In this document: positions 47,397 through 56,147 of the stretch, in pieces | Layout of the letters: each line of letters opens with the position of its first letter | Numbering within the stretch: the stretch's first letter is position 1 | Origin: a virus | IMG/VR virus record: IMGVR_UViG_3300027977_000008 | Coordinates: 64,001-128,000 of that record | Reading direction: 5' to 3' (one strand) | DNA length: 64,000 nt | Program-made: the position numbers and the translations under genes | The notes under the pieces: generated by a model | What the model saw: only the letters and a program-made list of their open reading frames with translations | Databases searched by the model: none | Told to the model about the DNA's origin: nothing

Positions 47397-48185
47397 ATGA
47401 GCCCACAAGAACTTCGTGCCCTTCAAGAAGCATATTTAAGTGTTTATGAACTTGATGAAGCAACTGCCATGGCAAAGAGGGGCAAGGATGAGACTGAAAT
47501 TCGTAACCAAATTGCATCAAAAACTCGTGGTGGGGAATTTGCAGACAAAGCAGGTAAGTTAGCAGATCGTGAAACTTATGGTAATAAGGAAATGAAAGCA
47601 GGTAGAGAGAAACTTGCAAGAAAGCAAAGAGGTGATTTCCGTGATACAAATTCTTCAAGTCCTGGTCTTCGTGGATATGGTCATCAATCAAGTGACCCTG
47701 CTGTAAAAGCAAAACAAGACGCAAGAGGTAATCAGAGAGCTCGTGCTGCATTAACTCCTAATGAGAGAAAGCAATTAAATATGGAGTTTGATCTCTATGA
47801 TGTAATCCTTGCACACTTACTTGCTGAAGGTTATGCTGATACTAATGAAAATGCACTAGTGATTATGGCAAATATGAGTGAAGGTTGGAAGGATAATATT
47901 CTTGAGGCAAGAGTAGATGATAGTCTTTCTGATGAGGAAAAGCAAGATGCAAGAAATAAAAGATCTGGTGGACAATCTGATTTTACTAGAAGAAATTTAA
48001 CTAAGGCAGGAAGAGGTAAATCTCCAAAAGGACTGAAACCTGTAGAAACAACACCAGCAATGACTTCGGTGAGAAAATTTGAAATGTCACTCAATCAACC
48101 AAGAACATCTGTCGGAAAAAGAGTTCGAGGTGAGATTGAAATGAATAAGGCAGAAAGAGGACCCTCAGGTCGTCGTGGATCTTAA
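47397..48185 (+). CDS. Modular late (putative head-internal) protein, paralog A
   Basis: MSPQELRALQEAYLSVYELDE; DLYDVILAHLLAEGYADT...IMANMSEGW module. Confidence 0.65.
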   Translation: MSPQELRALQEAYLSVYELDEATAMAKRGKDETEIRNQIASKTRGGEFADKAGKLADRETYGNKEMKAGREKLARKQRGDFRDTNSSSPGLRGYGHQSSDPAVKAKQDARGNQRARAALTPNERKQLNMEFDLYDVILAHLLAEGYADTNENALVIMANMSEGWKDNILEARVDDSLSDEEKQDARNKRSGGQSDFTRRNLTKAGRGKSPKGLKPVETTPAMTSVRKFEMSLNQPRTSVGKRVRGEIEMNKAERGPSGRRGS

Positions 48186-48197
48186 ACACTAAAAATA

Positions 48198-48266
48198 GTG
48201 TTTAACTTTGGAAAGAAGAAACTAGATATAAAACAATATGCCATAATTGTTGTGGTTTTTTTATAA
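48198..48266 (+). pseudogene. Truncated copy of the 5' end of ORF 21866
   Basis: (M)FNFGKKKLDIKQYAIIVVVFL* vs MVNFNFGKKKPDIKQYAIIGVVL. Confidence 0.7.
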
Positions 48267-48288
48267 ATAACTAAAAAGCAGTTATAAG

Positions 48289-48993
48289 ATGAGCCCACAA
48301 GAACTTCGTGCCCTTCAAGAAGCATATTTAAGTGTTTATGAACTTGATGAAGAAAAGGTAGAACTCAAAGATAGAAACAAAAATGAAATGCAACGCAAGG
48401 CAGGCAACCTTGGTCGTGAAGTAGTTTCTACTCCTAACACGAAGAAGAATGCAGTAAAGAGAACTGCTGCAATGGATAGAATGGGTAAATTGGTAAGTGC
48501 AATTGCTAGTGATGATGAAGATAAAAGATTTGATAGGATGCCTACTAGAGAAGAGTTTGTTGATGAAGCAAAGAAAAAACCAATGATAAAGGTTGGGGTT
48601 CCCAAGGAAAAACTTGGATATAAAGTTGCTGATATTGGACCTGGTGGTAAAGAGTATAATGTAAAAACTTATGGTGCCTATAATGAACAAGCAGACCTCT
48701 ACGACATCATTCTCTCACATCTTTTAGATGAAGGTTATGCTGATACTCAAGAAGCAGCAATCTATATTATGGCGAATATGAGTGAGGATTGGAGAGAGAG
48801 TATTCTTAGTGAAGACCCAGTTCAAGATTATAGAGATATGAAAAGAGCAGATCAAAATAGAAGTGGTATTAGAGGTCGTGAATTGAGTCACGATACAACT
48901 CTCGGACTTAAAGGCAAACCACAACCAGGAAGCGGATCTGTTACTCAAAAACTTACAGTTAGAGGAAGAGAATTTACTATTCCCCCATCCTGA
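48289..48993 (+). CDS. Modular late (putative head-internal) protein, paralog B
   Basis: Same N-terminus as 47397; DLYDIILSHLLDEGYADT...IMANMSEDW module. Confidence 0.65.
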   Translation: MSPQELRALQEAYLSVYELDEEKVELKDRNKNEMQRKAGNLGREVVSTPNTKKNAVKRTAAMDRMGKLVSAIASDDEDKRFDRMPTREEFVDEAKKKPMIKVGVPKEKLGYKVADIGPGGKEYNVKTYGAYNEQADLYDIILSHLLDEGYADTQEAAIYIMANMSEDWRESILSEDPVQDYRDMKRADQNRSGIRGRELSHDTTLGLKGKPQPGSGSVTQKLTVRGREFTIPPS

Positions 48994-49020
48994 TCCCAAA
49001 ACCACTTTCTGAACTGACAC

Positions 49021-49047
49021 AGAGACCTCTTCCAAGGGGTCTTTTTT
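49021..49047 (+). terminator. Terminator
   Basis: AGACCTCTT-CC-AAGGGGTCT plus T run. Confidence 0.65.
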
Positions 49048-49069
49048 ATGCTATAATAAAGAAGTAAAT

Positions 49070-49276
49070 TTGAAAAGATCTCAAGTGTTAAAAAGCACTC
49101 AGTTCACTTACATTTTTCTTGGTGTCATTGCTATTCTTGGATGGAATATTTGGGCAATGCAAAAAGATGCTAAACTTATCAGAGCATATGATGATCAAAG
49201 AGCAAAAATAGAGTTCTGTAGTTCGCAGGCAGGATGGCATCCCGATTGTAATGATGATAAAATATACAAAAGATAA
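49070..49276 (+). CDS. Small membrane protein
   Basis: One TM segment; C-terminal C...WHPDC. Confidence 0.5.
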   Translation: MKRSQVLKSTQFTYIFLGVIAILGWNIWAMQKDAKLIRAYDDQRAKIEFCSSQAGWHPDCNDDKIYKR

Positions 49277-49322
49277 AAACTTTGATGTATTATTATAAAA
49301 AAGAAGGAAGTAATTATTTTTT

Positions 49323-49457
49323 ATGAAATATGTTTCTGTAATGCTGTTATTAGAAAATAAAAAAATTGAATGGATAGATATTCCTTGGGGTAAAAAATAC
49401 TTAGATGTGATTAGAAAATTTGGCACAATTATTATGACAGTTGTAAAATATCAATGA
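49323..49457 (+). CDS. Small hypothetical protein (44 aa, not in ORF track)
   Basis: MKYVSVMLLLENKKIEWIDIPWGKKYLDVIRKFG...; ATGA-coupled to the glutaredoxin. Confidence 0.45.
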   Translation: MKYVSVMLLLENKKIEWIDIPWGKKYLDVIRKFGTIIMTVVKYQ

Positions 49458-49702
49458 AAGCAATAGTTTATAGCAAACTAGAATGTCCATATTGTGAAAA
49501 AGTAAAAACCATACTATTTCATTGTAATATTGAGTACATAGAATATGTGTATGGAAAAGATTTTATCAGAGATCAATTTTATGCAAAATTTGGAAATGGA
49601 TCTACTTTTCCCCAAGTAATATTGGATGATAAACATGTTGGAGGATGCACAGACACAGTAAAATACTTGAAAGAACAGAACCTCTTTCGAATTATACAAT
49701 AA
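49454..49702 (+). CDS. nrdC: Glutaredoxin
   Basis: CPYC; TFPQV; VGGCTD. Confidence 0.92.
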   Translation: MKAIVYSKLECPYCEKVKTILFHCNIEYIEYVYGKDFIRDQFYAKFGNGSTFPQVILDDKHVGGCTDTVKYLKEQNLFRIIQ

Positions 49703-49843
49703 ATAAAGATGTATAACTTCTACTTAGGAGTAAGAAACCAAAAATAAAAATCATAAGATTTGGAAAGTGGTTTCTTCCTTTTACAAATAAGGAATTTACC
49801 ATTTGCTTAGAGATAAGAGAACGGTAATCCCAGGAGAACAAAA

Positions 49844-50062
49844 ATGTTAGCAGCTATTATTGGTTTAGCAACTTTATGTTGCTTGTTGACATTAGGTTTT
49901 GGGGTTGTTATTGGATATTTGGTTAGACTATATTTACAAGATGTGACACCACAGTATTCACATCCTGAAATGTTTGACCCTAATGGCAACCCACTTCCAG
50001 ACGAAATTATTGCTTTCAGGTTTGAAGGTAACACAGAACACTTAGACGAATTTAATGACTAA
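49844..50062 (+). CDS. Membrane-anchored hypothetical protein
   Basis: TM segment; HPEMFD.NG..LPDEIIAFRFE. Confidence 0.7.
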   Translation: MLAAIIGLATLCCLLTLGFGVVIGYLVRLYLQDVTPQYSHPEMFDPNGNPLPDEIIAFRFEGNTEHLDEFND

Positions 50063-50064
50063 TT

Positions 50065-50514
50065 ATGACAAAACTACCAAATAACCCTTTAGTTTCTGAA
50101 GTTTTTAAAGCTGCACACGGCGGTAAAACTATAGAACGAAAGATTGAAATCTTACAAGAACACAGAAGTAATCATATCAAATCACTTTTGATTTGGAACT
50201 TTGATAAAGGAATTGAAACTATTCTTCCACCTGGTGAAGTTCCTTATAGAAAGAATGAAGCACCTGCAGGAACACCAGGACATACAAGACTTGCCCATGA
50301 ATGGAAGGTGCTTTATAACTTTATCAAAGGTGGCAATGACAAGATCTCACATATGAAACGTGAGCAAATGTTTATTCAACTTCTTGAATCACTTCATGCT
50401 GATGAAGCAGAGATTGTTACTCTAGTAAAAGATAAGGAATTGCAGTCTAAGTATCGCATCACCAGGAGTGTTGTTGAGCAAGCATATCCAGAAATTGTTT
50501 GGCTAGATAAGTGA
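50065..50514 (+). CDS. Conserved T4-like hypothetical protein
   Basis: LIWNFD...LPPGEVPY...LYNFIKGG...KREQMFIQLLESLH..EAE. Confidence 0.75.
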   Translation: MTKLPNNPLVSEVFKAAHGGKTIERKIEILQEHRSNHIKSLLIWNFDKGIETILPPGEVPYRKNEAPAGTPGHTRLAHEWKVLYNFIKGGNDKISHMKREQMFIQLLESLHADEAEIVTLVKDKELQSKYRITRSVVEQAYPEIVWLDK

Positions 50515-51626
50515 TTGGAATTTTCATTGATATAACAGATCATTGCAATTCTAAATGTCCTCTTTGCACTAGACACAAAGTTTCTAAATTTACAAATGTT
50601 GTAGATTTAGTTCCTACAACATTTGTAAATAGATCATCAGTGTCTATTGAAACTTGGAAAACTTGGTTTTCCCCAAAAGTTCTTGAGAATATTTCTTTTA
50701 TAAACTTTCAAGGATCATTTGGGGAACCAAGTTTATGTGAAGATTTACTAAAAATAATTAAGTATTCAAGATTTATCAATAAAAATATTAATATTTTGAT
50801 GAGTACTAATGGAGGAACAAGGGATAAAAATTTTTGGAAGTCTCTTGGTAGACTTTTATTTTTTTCAACTCCCAACTCTAGAGTAATTTTTTCTATTGAT
50901 GGGTTAGACGATACACTAGCAGAATATAGAGTTGGGGTTGATTACAATAAAGTTATAGATAATGCCACTGCTTTCATTTCTGGTGGTGGTAATGCAGAAT
51001 GGAGGATGCTTGTCTTTAAGCATAATGAACATCAGATTGAAATCTGTAAACAAATATCCAAACAACTTGGATTTAAAAAGTTTTCCCACCAAACGGTGAA
51101 TGGGTTTTGGGATACTTCTGGCATGGGAAGTGGATCTTATAGTTACGTGTATAATGGTAAATTAAAAACTTTACAAGAAGCTTCTGACCCTAAGTATACA
51201 ACTAATCGAGGAAAGACAGAGAAAAATTCAGATATTCATTGTGACTTCAATCACAAAATAAATTCTATAGGAAATCTCAGAATAGATAGCATGGGGATAG
51301 TTCATGCTTGCTGCTATCATCAATCTAGACTAAGGTATTTTTATCCCGATTATTATATCAATAAAAATCCAGACGCAAAACCAGTTTATGATGAAAGTAT
51401 TGATAATCCTAATATGGGATCTGGTGTAAAATATTTGCATAAAATTTTTTACGATAGTATTATACCTTTGATAGAAGAGCAGGGTGGATTAAAAAGTATT
51501 AATTTAAATTACTTTTCTTTAGATGAAATTATTAACACTCCATTTTTTCAGCATAGTTTAATTTCATCGTGGAAAAATCCTGTACATATGTGCAGAGAAA
51601 ATTGTGGTATTTCTAGAATAAAATAA
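50511..51626 (+). CDS. Radical SAM protein
   Basis: CNSKCPLC; GSFGEP; STNG; FSIDG; C-terminal CC...CRENC auxiliary cluster. Confidence 0.88.
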   Translation: MIGIFIDITDHCNSKCPLCTRHKVSKFTNVVDLVPTTFVNRSSVSIETWKTWFSPKVLENISFINFQGSFGEPSLCEDLLKIIKYSRFINKNINILMSTNGGTRDKNFWKSLGRLLFFSTPNSRVIFSIDGLDDTLAEYRVGVDYNKVIDNATAFISGGGNAEWRMLVFKHNEHQIEICKQISKQLGFKKFSHQTVNGFWDTSGMGSGSYSYVYNGKLKTLQEASDPKYTTNRGKTEKNSDIHCDFNHKINSIGNLRIDSMGIVHACCYHQSRLRYFYPDYYINKNPDAKPVYDESIDNPNMGSGVKYLHKIFYDSIIPLIEEQGGLKSINLNYFSLDEIINTPFFQHSLISSWKNPVHMCRENCGISRIK

Positions 51627-51677
51627 GTAACAAACTATACAAAATTACTTGCATAGATAGTGTATAGACGCTATAAT
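51627..51677 (+). promoter_or_regulatory. NtcA-type box plus sigma70 promoter
   Basis: GTA-ACAAACTA-TAC (51627-51640); TTGCAT(51649)-N17-TATAAT(51672). Confidence 0.6.
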
Positions 51678-51684
51678 GTGTCTA

Positions 51685-51895
51685 CGTTCATTCGCAAATA
51701 GCGAACGCAAGTAAGTCGCGGAACGGAGCGTTCATCTATGGAAGCAGTTCTTATTACTTGTTTGCAACTTGGACAATTAGTTGGCAGGGTTAATCAATCT
51801 TATGCTCCTGCCATAGTGAAGAGGTAAATTATAGAGGAACTCGTAAGAGTTTCGCCAAAGAAGTGCAGCATAAATGCAAACGGATGAAGGAACGG
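51685..51895 (+). ncRNA. Tandem glutamine (glnA/Downstream-peptide-like) riboswitch
   Basis: Aptamer 1 CGTTC-A-TTCGC/GCGAA-CGCAAGTAAG-TCGC-GGAACG (51685-51725); aptamer 2 CGTTCATC(51729)...GCAAACGGATGAAGGAACG(51894). Confidence 0.65.
51738..51887 (+). pseudogene. Small ORF nested in the second aptamer, with in-frame TAA at 51825
   Basis: MEAVLITCLQLGQLVGRVNQSYAPAIVKR*IIEELVRVSPKKCSINANG*; SD GGAG upstream. Confidence 0.55.
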
Positions 51896-51926
51896 ACCTA
51901 AAAATCCATTCATTCAGGAGAAACAA

Positions 51927-52058
51927 ATGACTACTGCAACGTATAGAGGAGTAAAGTATGACGTTGAAGAGCGTAAATTAAATGTTCTTCAACTTCTTAA
52001 AGATCAAATTGAAAAAGCAGAGCGCCTTAAGCAAGCACAAATGCAACTAAAAGGATGA
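51927..52058 (+). CDS. DUF4278-like small protein (43 aa, not in ORF track)
   Basis: SD AGGAG; MTTATYRGVKYDVEERK... with YRGVxY motif. Confidence 0.75.
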   Translation: MTTATYRGVKYDVEERKLNVLQLLKDQIEKAERLKQAQMQLKG

Positions 52059-52064
52059 TTGATT

Positions 52065-52100
52065 GGGAGAATTGACTTTCCCCTTTTTTATTGGTATAAT
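52065..52100 (+). terminator. Terminator overlapping a sigma70 promoter
   Basis: GGGAGA/TTTCCC plus T run; TTGACT-N17-TATAAT. Confidence 0.65.
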
Positions 52101-52123
52101 TATTATACGGGAGGTACTATCTA

Positions 52124-52306
52124 ATGCGGTACAAGGAAACAATCCGCCTAGTCAAAAAAGCACTAGAGCAACCTTGGAAATATTCTGATGCTGAACTCTT
52201 GTACATGAGAAAGGCTTTAGATGATGCTACCTTAGGATTAGCAACAAAGAAATTTAACAAGAAAAAGAAAAAAGGATTTGGTTATCATGACAGTGCGATT
52301 GATTAG
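52124..52306 (+). CDS. Hypothetical protein
   Basis: SD GGAGG; 60-aa ORF. Confidence 0.6.
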   Translation: MRYKETIRLVKKALEQPWKYSDAELLYMRKALDDATLGLATKKFNKKKKKGFGYHDSAID

Positions 52307-52919
52307 TGCGACATCAGATGCAGAAAAAACAATGGCATATATTGCTAGAGTTTCTAATCCTGCAAATCAAGATAATGAAAACTATACAGGTTTGTTACGT
52401 TATTGTATCAAGCACAATCATTGGTCTGTGTTTGAGCACGCTTTTATGACTTTGGAAATTGAAACGAACCGTGGTATAGCGGCTCAAGTGCTCCGACATA
52501 GAAGTTTTACATTCCAAGAATTCTCACAACGTTATGCTGATACAAATCTTTTAGCAGAAGAAATACCATTACCAGAACTTCGTAGACAAGATACTAAAAA
52601 TCGTCAGAATTCTATTGATGATATTGATGAGGAGAAAGTATTCGTAATGAATAAGATGATTAGAGACCTGTTTAAGGACGCTCAAGACACGTACAACTTT
52701 CTTTTGGAACAAGGAGTAGCAAAAGAATGCGCTCGTTTTGTGCTTCCTTTGGCAGTAAAAACAAAAATTTATATGACTGGATCTGTCAGGTCATGGATTC
52801 ATTATATTAATCTTCGTTCTGCAAATGGAACTCAGAAGGAGCATATGGATATTGCAAATGAGTGTAAAAAAGTATTTGTGGAACAGTTTCCTGCGGTATC
52901 CGAATCACTTGAGTGGTGA
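52287..52919 (+). CDS. thyX: Flavin-dependent thymidylate synthase ThyX
   Basis: HWSVFEH; QVLRHRSFTFQEFSQRY; ECARFVLP; RSWIHYINLR...TQKEH. Confidence 0.95.
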   Translation: MTVRLISATSDAEKTMAYIARVSNPANQDNENYTGLLRYCIKHNHWSVFEHAFMTLEIETNRGIAAQVLRHRSFTFQEFSQRYADTNLLAEEIPLPELRRQDTKNRQNSIDDIDEEKVFVMNKMIRDLFKDAQDTYNFLLEQGVAKECARFVLPLAVKTKIYMTGSVRSWIHYINLRSANGTQKEHMDIANECKKVFVEQFPAVSESLEW

Positions 52920-54505
52920 TGAAAGTATTAGGAATAAACTTAGCAAAGAATGGATCTATTGCAATAGTCAATGATGGTAATCTAGAATTTTATCTTGAAG
53001 AGGAAAGAGTTACTAGGAAAAAACGTGACGTTGGTGCATATGCACTATGTGAAAAGTTTGTTGATAGCACTGTTGATGTTGCAGTTTATTCTGATTGTTT
53101 TACGCGATATTCATTTAAAAACAATCTAGAAAGAGTTACTGCTAGAAAAAAACTAGAACAACTTTTACATTCTAGGGGTGTAAAAGAAGTCTTAGATTTT
53201 TCTGATCATCATCATGAGTGTCATGCAGCATCTGCTTTTTATGGATCTGGATTTGATGATGCCGTTTGTGTTGTGATGGATGGGAAAGGATCTGTAATCC
53301 GAAAAAATGGGACTTTATTTTGTGAAACAGAAAGCATTTATAACTATGTAAATGGAAAATTTGTTTCACTATTCAAACACTATTCTTGTTTTTATAATCG
53401 TGCATTATGTGAAAAAATTGACAAACCTTTTTGGGACGGCAACAACTTATTCAGCAATCGAGTAAGTATTGGGCAAGCATTTAGATGTGTTTCTGGATAT
53501 TGTGGATTTGATGAAATTGAAGCTGGTAAAACCATGGGATTATCTTCTTATGGTTCTGGTCCAGTCAATCTTTTCAACGAAGAATACGGACATAGTTTTT
53601 GTAGTAAAGATATCTATCCTAGAGATAATACTGGATGGACAAAATATTATGGTGAAGAAACTACAAATGAAAATTTAGCATACAATCTACAGAAATCTGC
53701 TGAAAAACATGCAATCTATATGATCAAAAAGGCAGTTGAACTTTCTGGAAAAAAGAATGTTGTAGTTTCTGGTGGGTTTTTTTTGAATTGTGTTTCCAAC
53801 TATAATGTGTTAAAATCTTTAGACATAAATTTATATGCTGATCCGCTGTCATATGATGGAGGACATGCATTTGGATCTGCAATGCTAGTTTCTGATAAAA
53901 AGACAACTATGAAAACACTATACTTAGGACCAACTTATGATCTTTCTCACATTGAAGGAAAGGATACTTCGTATAGTGAAGTTGCACGACTAATTTCTGA
54001 GAAGAATATTGTTGCAATGTTTCAAGGAAGATCTGAAGCTGGTCCTAGAGCATTGGGGAACAGATCTATTCTCTATGATCCTAGAGATCCAAATGGAAAA
54101 GATCACGTCAACACAATTAAAAAACGTGAGACATTTAGACCTTTTGCGGGAACAGTTCTAAATGAATATGTTCATGAGTGGTTTGACATGGCAGGTATGG
54201 AAGAAAGTCCTTTTATGATGTATGCTGTTGATGCACATCTTGATGCTTGGGAACATATTCCTGCAATTCTTCATGTAGATAAAACCTGCAGAATTCAAAC
54301 GCTAACTAAGGAACAGAATGAACATTACTATAATTTGATTGAAGCATTTTATGAAAAGACAAGAGTTCCTATTTTATTCAATACATCTTTCAATCTTGCA
54401 GGCGAACCACTTGTAGAGACACCAGAAGATGCATTGAAAACTTTTTATAATAGTGATATCAAGTATCTTTATTTTCCCGAAGTTCAGAAACTTATAATCA
54501 AATGA
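52919..54505 (+). CDS. Carbamoyltransferase (NodU/CmcH/TobZ family), full-length
   Basis: EEERVTRKK; HHECHAASAF; DG.G; GKTMGLSSYG; SGGFFLNC; GRSEAGPRALGNRS; KKRETFRPFA; RIQT; NTSFN. Confidence 0.92.
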   Translation: MKVLGINLAKNGSIAIVNDGNLEFYLEEERVTRKKRDVGAYALCEKFVDSTVDVAVYSDCFTRYSFKNNLERVTARKKLEQLLHSRGVKEVLDFSDHHHECHAASAFYGSGFDDAVCVVMDGKGSVIRKNGTLFCETESIYNYVNGKFVSLFKHYSCFYNRALCEKIDKPFWDGNNLFSNRVSIGQAFRCVSGYCGFDEIEAGKTMGLSSYGSGPVNLFNEEYGHSFCSKDIYPRDNTGWTKYYGEETTNENLAYNLQKSAEKHAIYMIKKAVELSGKKNVVVSGGFFLNCVSNYNVLKSLDINLYADPLSYDGGHAFGSAMLVSDKKTTMKTLYLGPTYDLSHIEGKDTSYSEVARLISEKNIVAMFQGRSEAGPRALGNRSILYDPRDPNGKDHVNTIKKRETFRPFAGTVLNEYVHEWFDMAGMEESPFMMYAVDAHLDAWEHIPAILHVDKTCRIQTLTKEQNEHYYNLIEAFYEKTRVPILFNTSFNLAGEPLVETPEDALKTFYNSDIKYLYFPEVQKLIIK

Positions 54506-55353
54506 ATATCTTAGGAATAAATCTTTCCAATAATGGATCTATTTGCTTACTCAAAGATGGGCAAGTAGATTTTTATTTGGAAGCAGAAAGAATTACAAGA
54601 AAAAAACTTGATTATATTGTCAAAGATCTTGTAGATTATGTATCTGATGTTGATGTGATTGCAACAGTTGATGCTCATTGGGTTGGAGCTGAAAAAAATA
54701 TGCTTAGCGCAAGAGATATCGCACGGTTCAGACGTGCATTTCCCAATGCTAAACACGTTGATTACAAGAAGTCTCATCATCTAGCACATGCTGCAGGAGC
54801 ATTTTATAGTTCTAGATTTGATGAGGCAGTTTGTATTGTAGTTGATAGTAATGGATCTAGTATCGCAGATAAACTAGAAATTGAAACCATCTTTCATGCA
54901 AAGACTGACAACAGATTTCAATGGAAAACTATACATAAAAAATATTGGGATCCACCTGAAAATGGTATAGGAAAACTATTTGAATATGTGTCTAAGTTTT
55001 GTGGATTTGGTCGAGATGATGCTGGTAAAGTTATGGGATTGTCATCTTACGGATTTAATAAAGTGGATCTAAGTAATCTTGCACTTAAATCAAAAGAAGA
55101 CGCTGCATATACAATTCAAATTCTTTGGGAAGAACGTGCATTAGAACTTGCTAATCTTGCAATCAAAAAAACAAAGTGTAAGAACCTTGTATTATCTGGT
55201 GGATGTTTCTTGAACTGTGTTGTTAATTACAAACTTCGCAAACAATTACCAAAAGATGTTAAAATGTATGTTGAACCAGTTGCACATGATGGTGGAACTT
55301 CTATAGGAGCTGCTTACCTTGCCTATTACAATCCCAAAATTAAAAATTCTTGA
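54502..55353 (+). CDS. Carbamoyltransferase, N-terminal (Kae1-like) domain only
   Basis: EAERITRKK; HHLAHAAGAF; GKVMGLSSYG; SGGCFLNC; DGGTSIGAA; no GPRALG/NTSFN domain. Confidence 0.85.
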   Translation: MNILGINLSNNGSICLLKDGQVDFYLEAERITRKKLDYIVKDLVDYVSDVDVIATVDAHWVGAEKNMLSARDIARFRRAFPNAKHVDYKKSHHLAHAAGAFYSSRFDEAVCIVVDSNGSSIADKLEIETIFHAKTDNRFQWKTIHKKYWDPPENGIGKLFEYVSKFCGFGRDDAGKVMGLSSYGFNKVDLSNLALKSKEDAAYTIQILWEERALELANLAIKKTKCKNLVLSGGCFLNCVVNYKLRKQLPKDVKMYVEPVAHDGGTSIGAAYLAYYNPKIKNS

Positions 55354-56125
55354 TATCAGTGCAACGATTGGATGCAATCTAAGTTGTAAAGGATGTAATC
55401 ATTTCAGTAATTATTTTGCCCCCGGTAGCAAATTAGATACAGATAAACTCATTCAAGATATCCACACCATCCTGCCCAGGATAGACGTAGAACGTGTCTC
55501 AGTCATTGGCGGGGAACCATTGCTCAATGTACGCTGCCGAGACATCTTACACGCTTGTCTAGAGCATACAGAGACAGTCTATCTGTATACAAATGGCATA
55601 CTTCTTAATGAAGAAAACCGAGAATGGATTGAAGAAGACTTAGAAAAATATCCTGGCATGTCTTTACGTGTTAGTATTCATACTCCAGATGTTATTGATA
55701 ACATCAACAAGGTAAAGAGTAGCAAAGTTTTTGTTACAGAACACCATGATGGCAAAGATCGATGGTTCAGTTCTATCAAACAATCTAACGGTAAAGTATA
55801 CCCTTATGTTCATAATAACATAAAACAAAGTTATGAGTTGTGCTCTTGTCCCAATACACAACTATTCGATGGTAAACTTTGGAAGTGTCCTAATGCAGCA
55901 TTTTTAAAAGAACTTCTTTATGTTACTGAACAATTAGAAGAAGATTTTTGGAAACCTTTTATTGGTGATGGATTACCAGTTGACTGTAGTGATGAGGATC
56001 TGGTAAAATTATGTGATAACTCTAGTAAACCTGAACAAATATGTAACATGTGTACTGCTAGACCATTGAAGTTTAGCGCAGCATTACAAACCAATAATCA
56101 TAAAAAGATTATTACAACACAATAA
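55319..56125 (+). CDS. Radical SAM protein
   Basis: CNLSCKGC; GGEPLL; YTNG; CSC...WKCP...ICNMC; TTG start after GGAG. Confidence 0.88.
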   Translation: MPITIPKLKILDISATIGCNLSCKGCNHFSNYFAPGSKLDTDKLIQDIHTILPRIDVERVSVIGGEPLLNVRCRDILHACLEHTETVYLYTNGILLNEENREWIEEDLEKYPGMSLRVSIHTPDVIDNINKVKSSKVFVTEHHDGKDRWFSSIKQSNGKVYPYVHNNIKQSYELCSCPNTQLFDGKLWKCPNAAFLKELLYVTEQLEEDFWKPFIGDGLPVDCSDEDLVKLCDNSSKPEQICNMCTARPLKFSAALQTNNHKKIITTQ

Positions 56126-56147
56126 ATATTTACGAATTGAAATAATT

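Larger units (their letters stand above)
47371..48352 (+). repeat. 90-nt direct repeat (late promoter plus first 21 codons)
   Basis: 47371-47460 vs 48263-48352, one mismatch. Confidence 0.9.
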
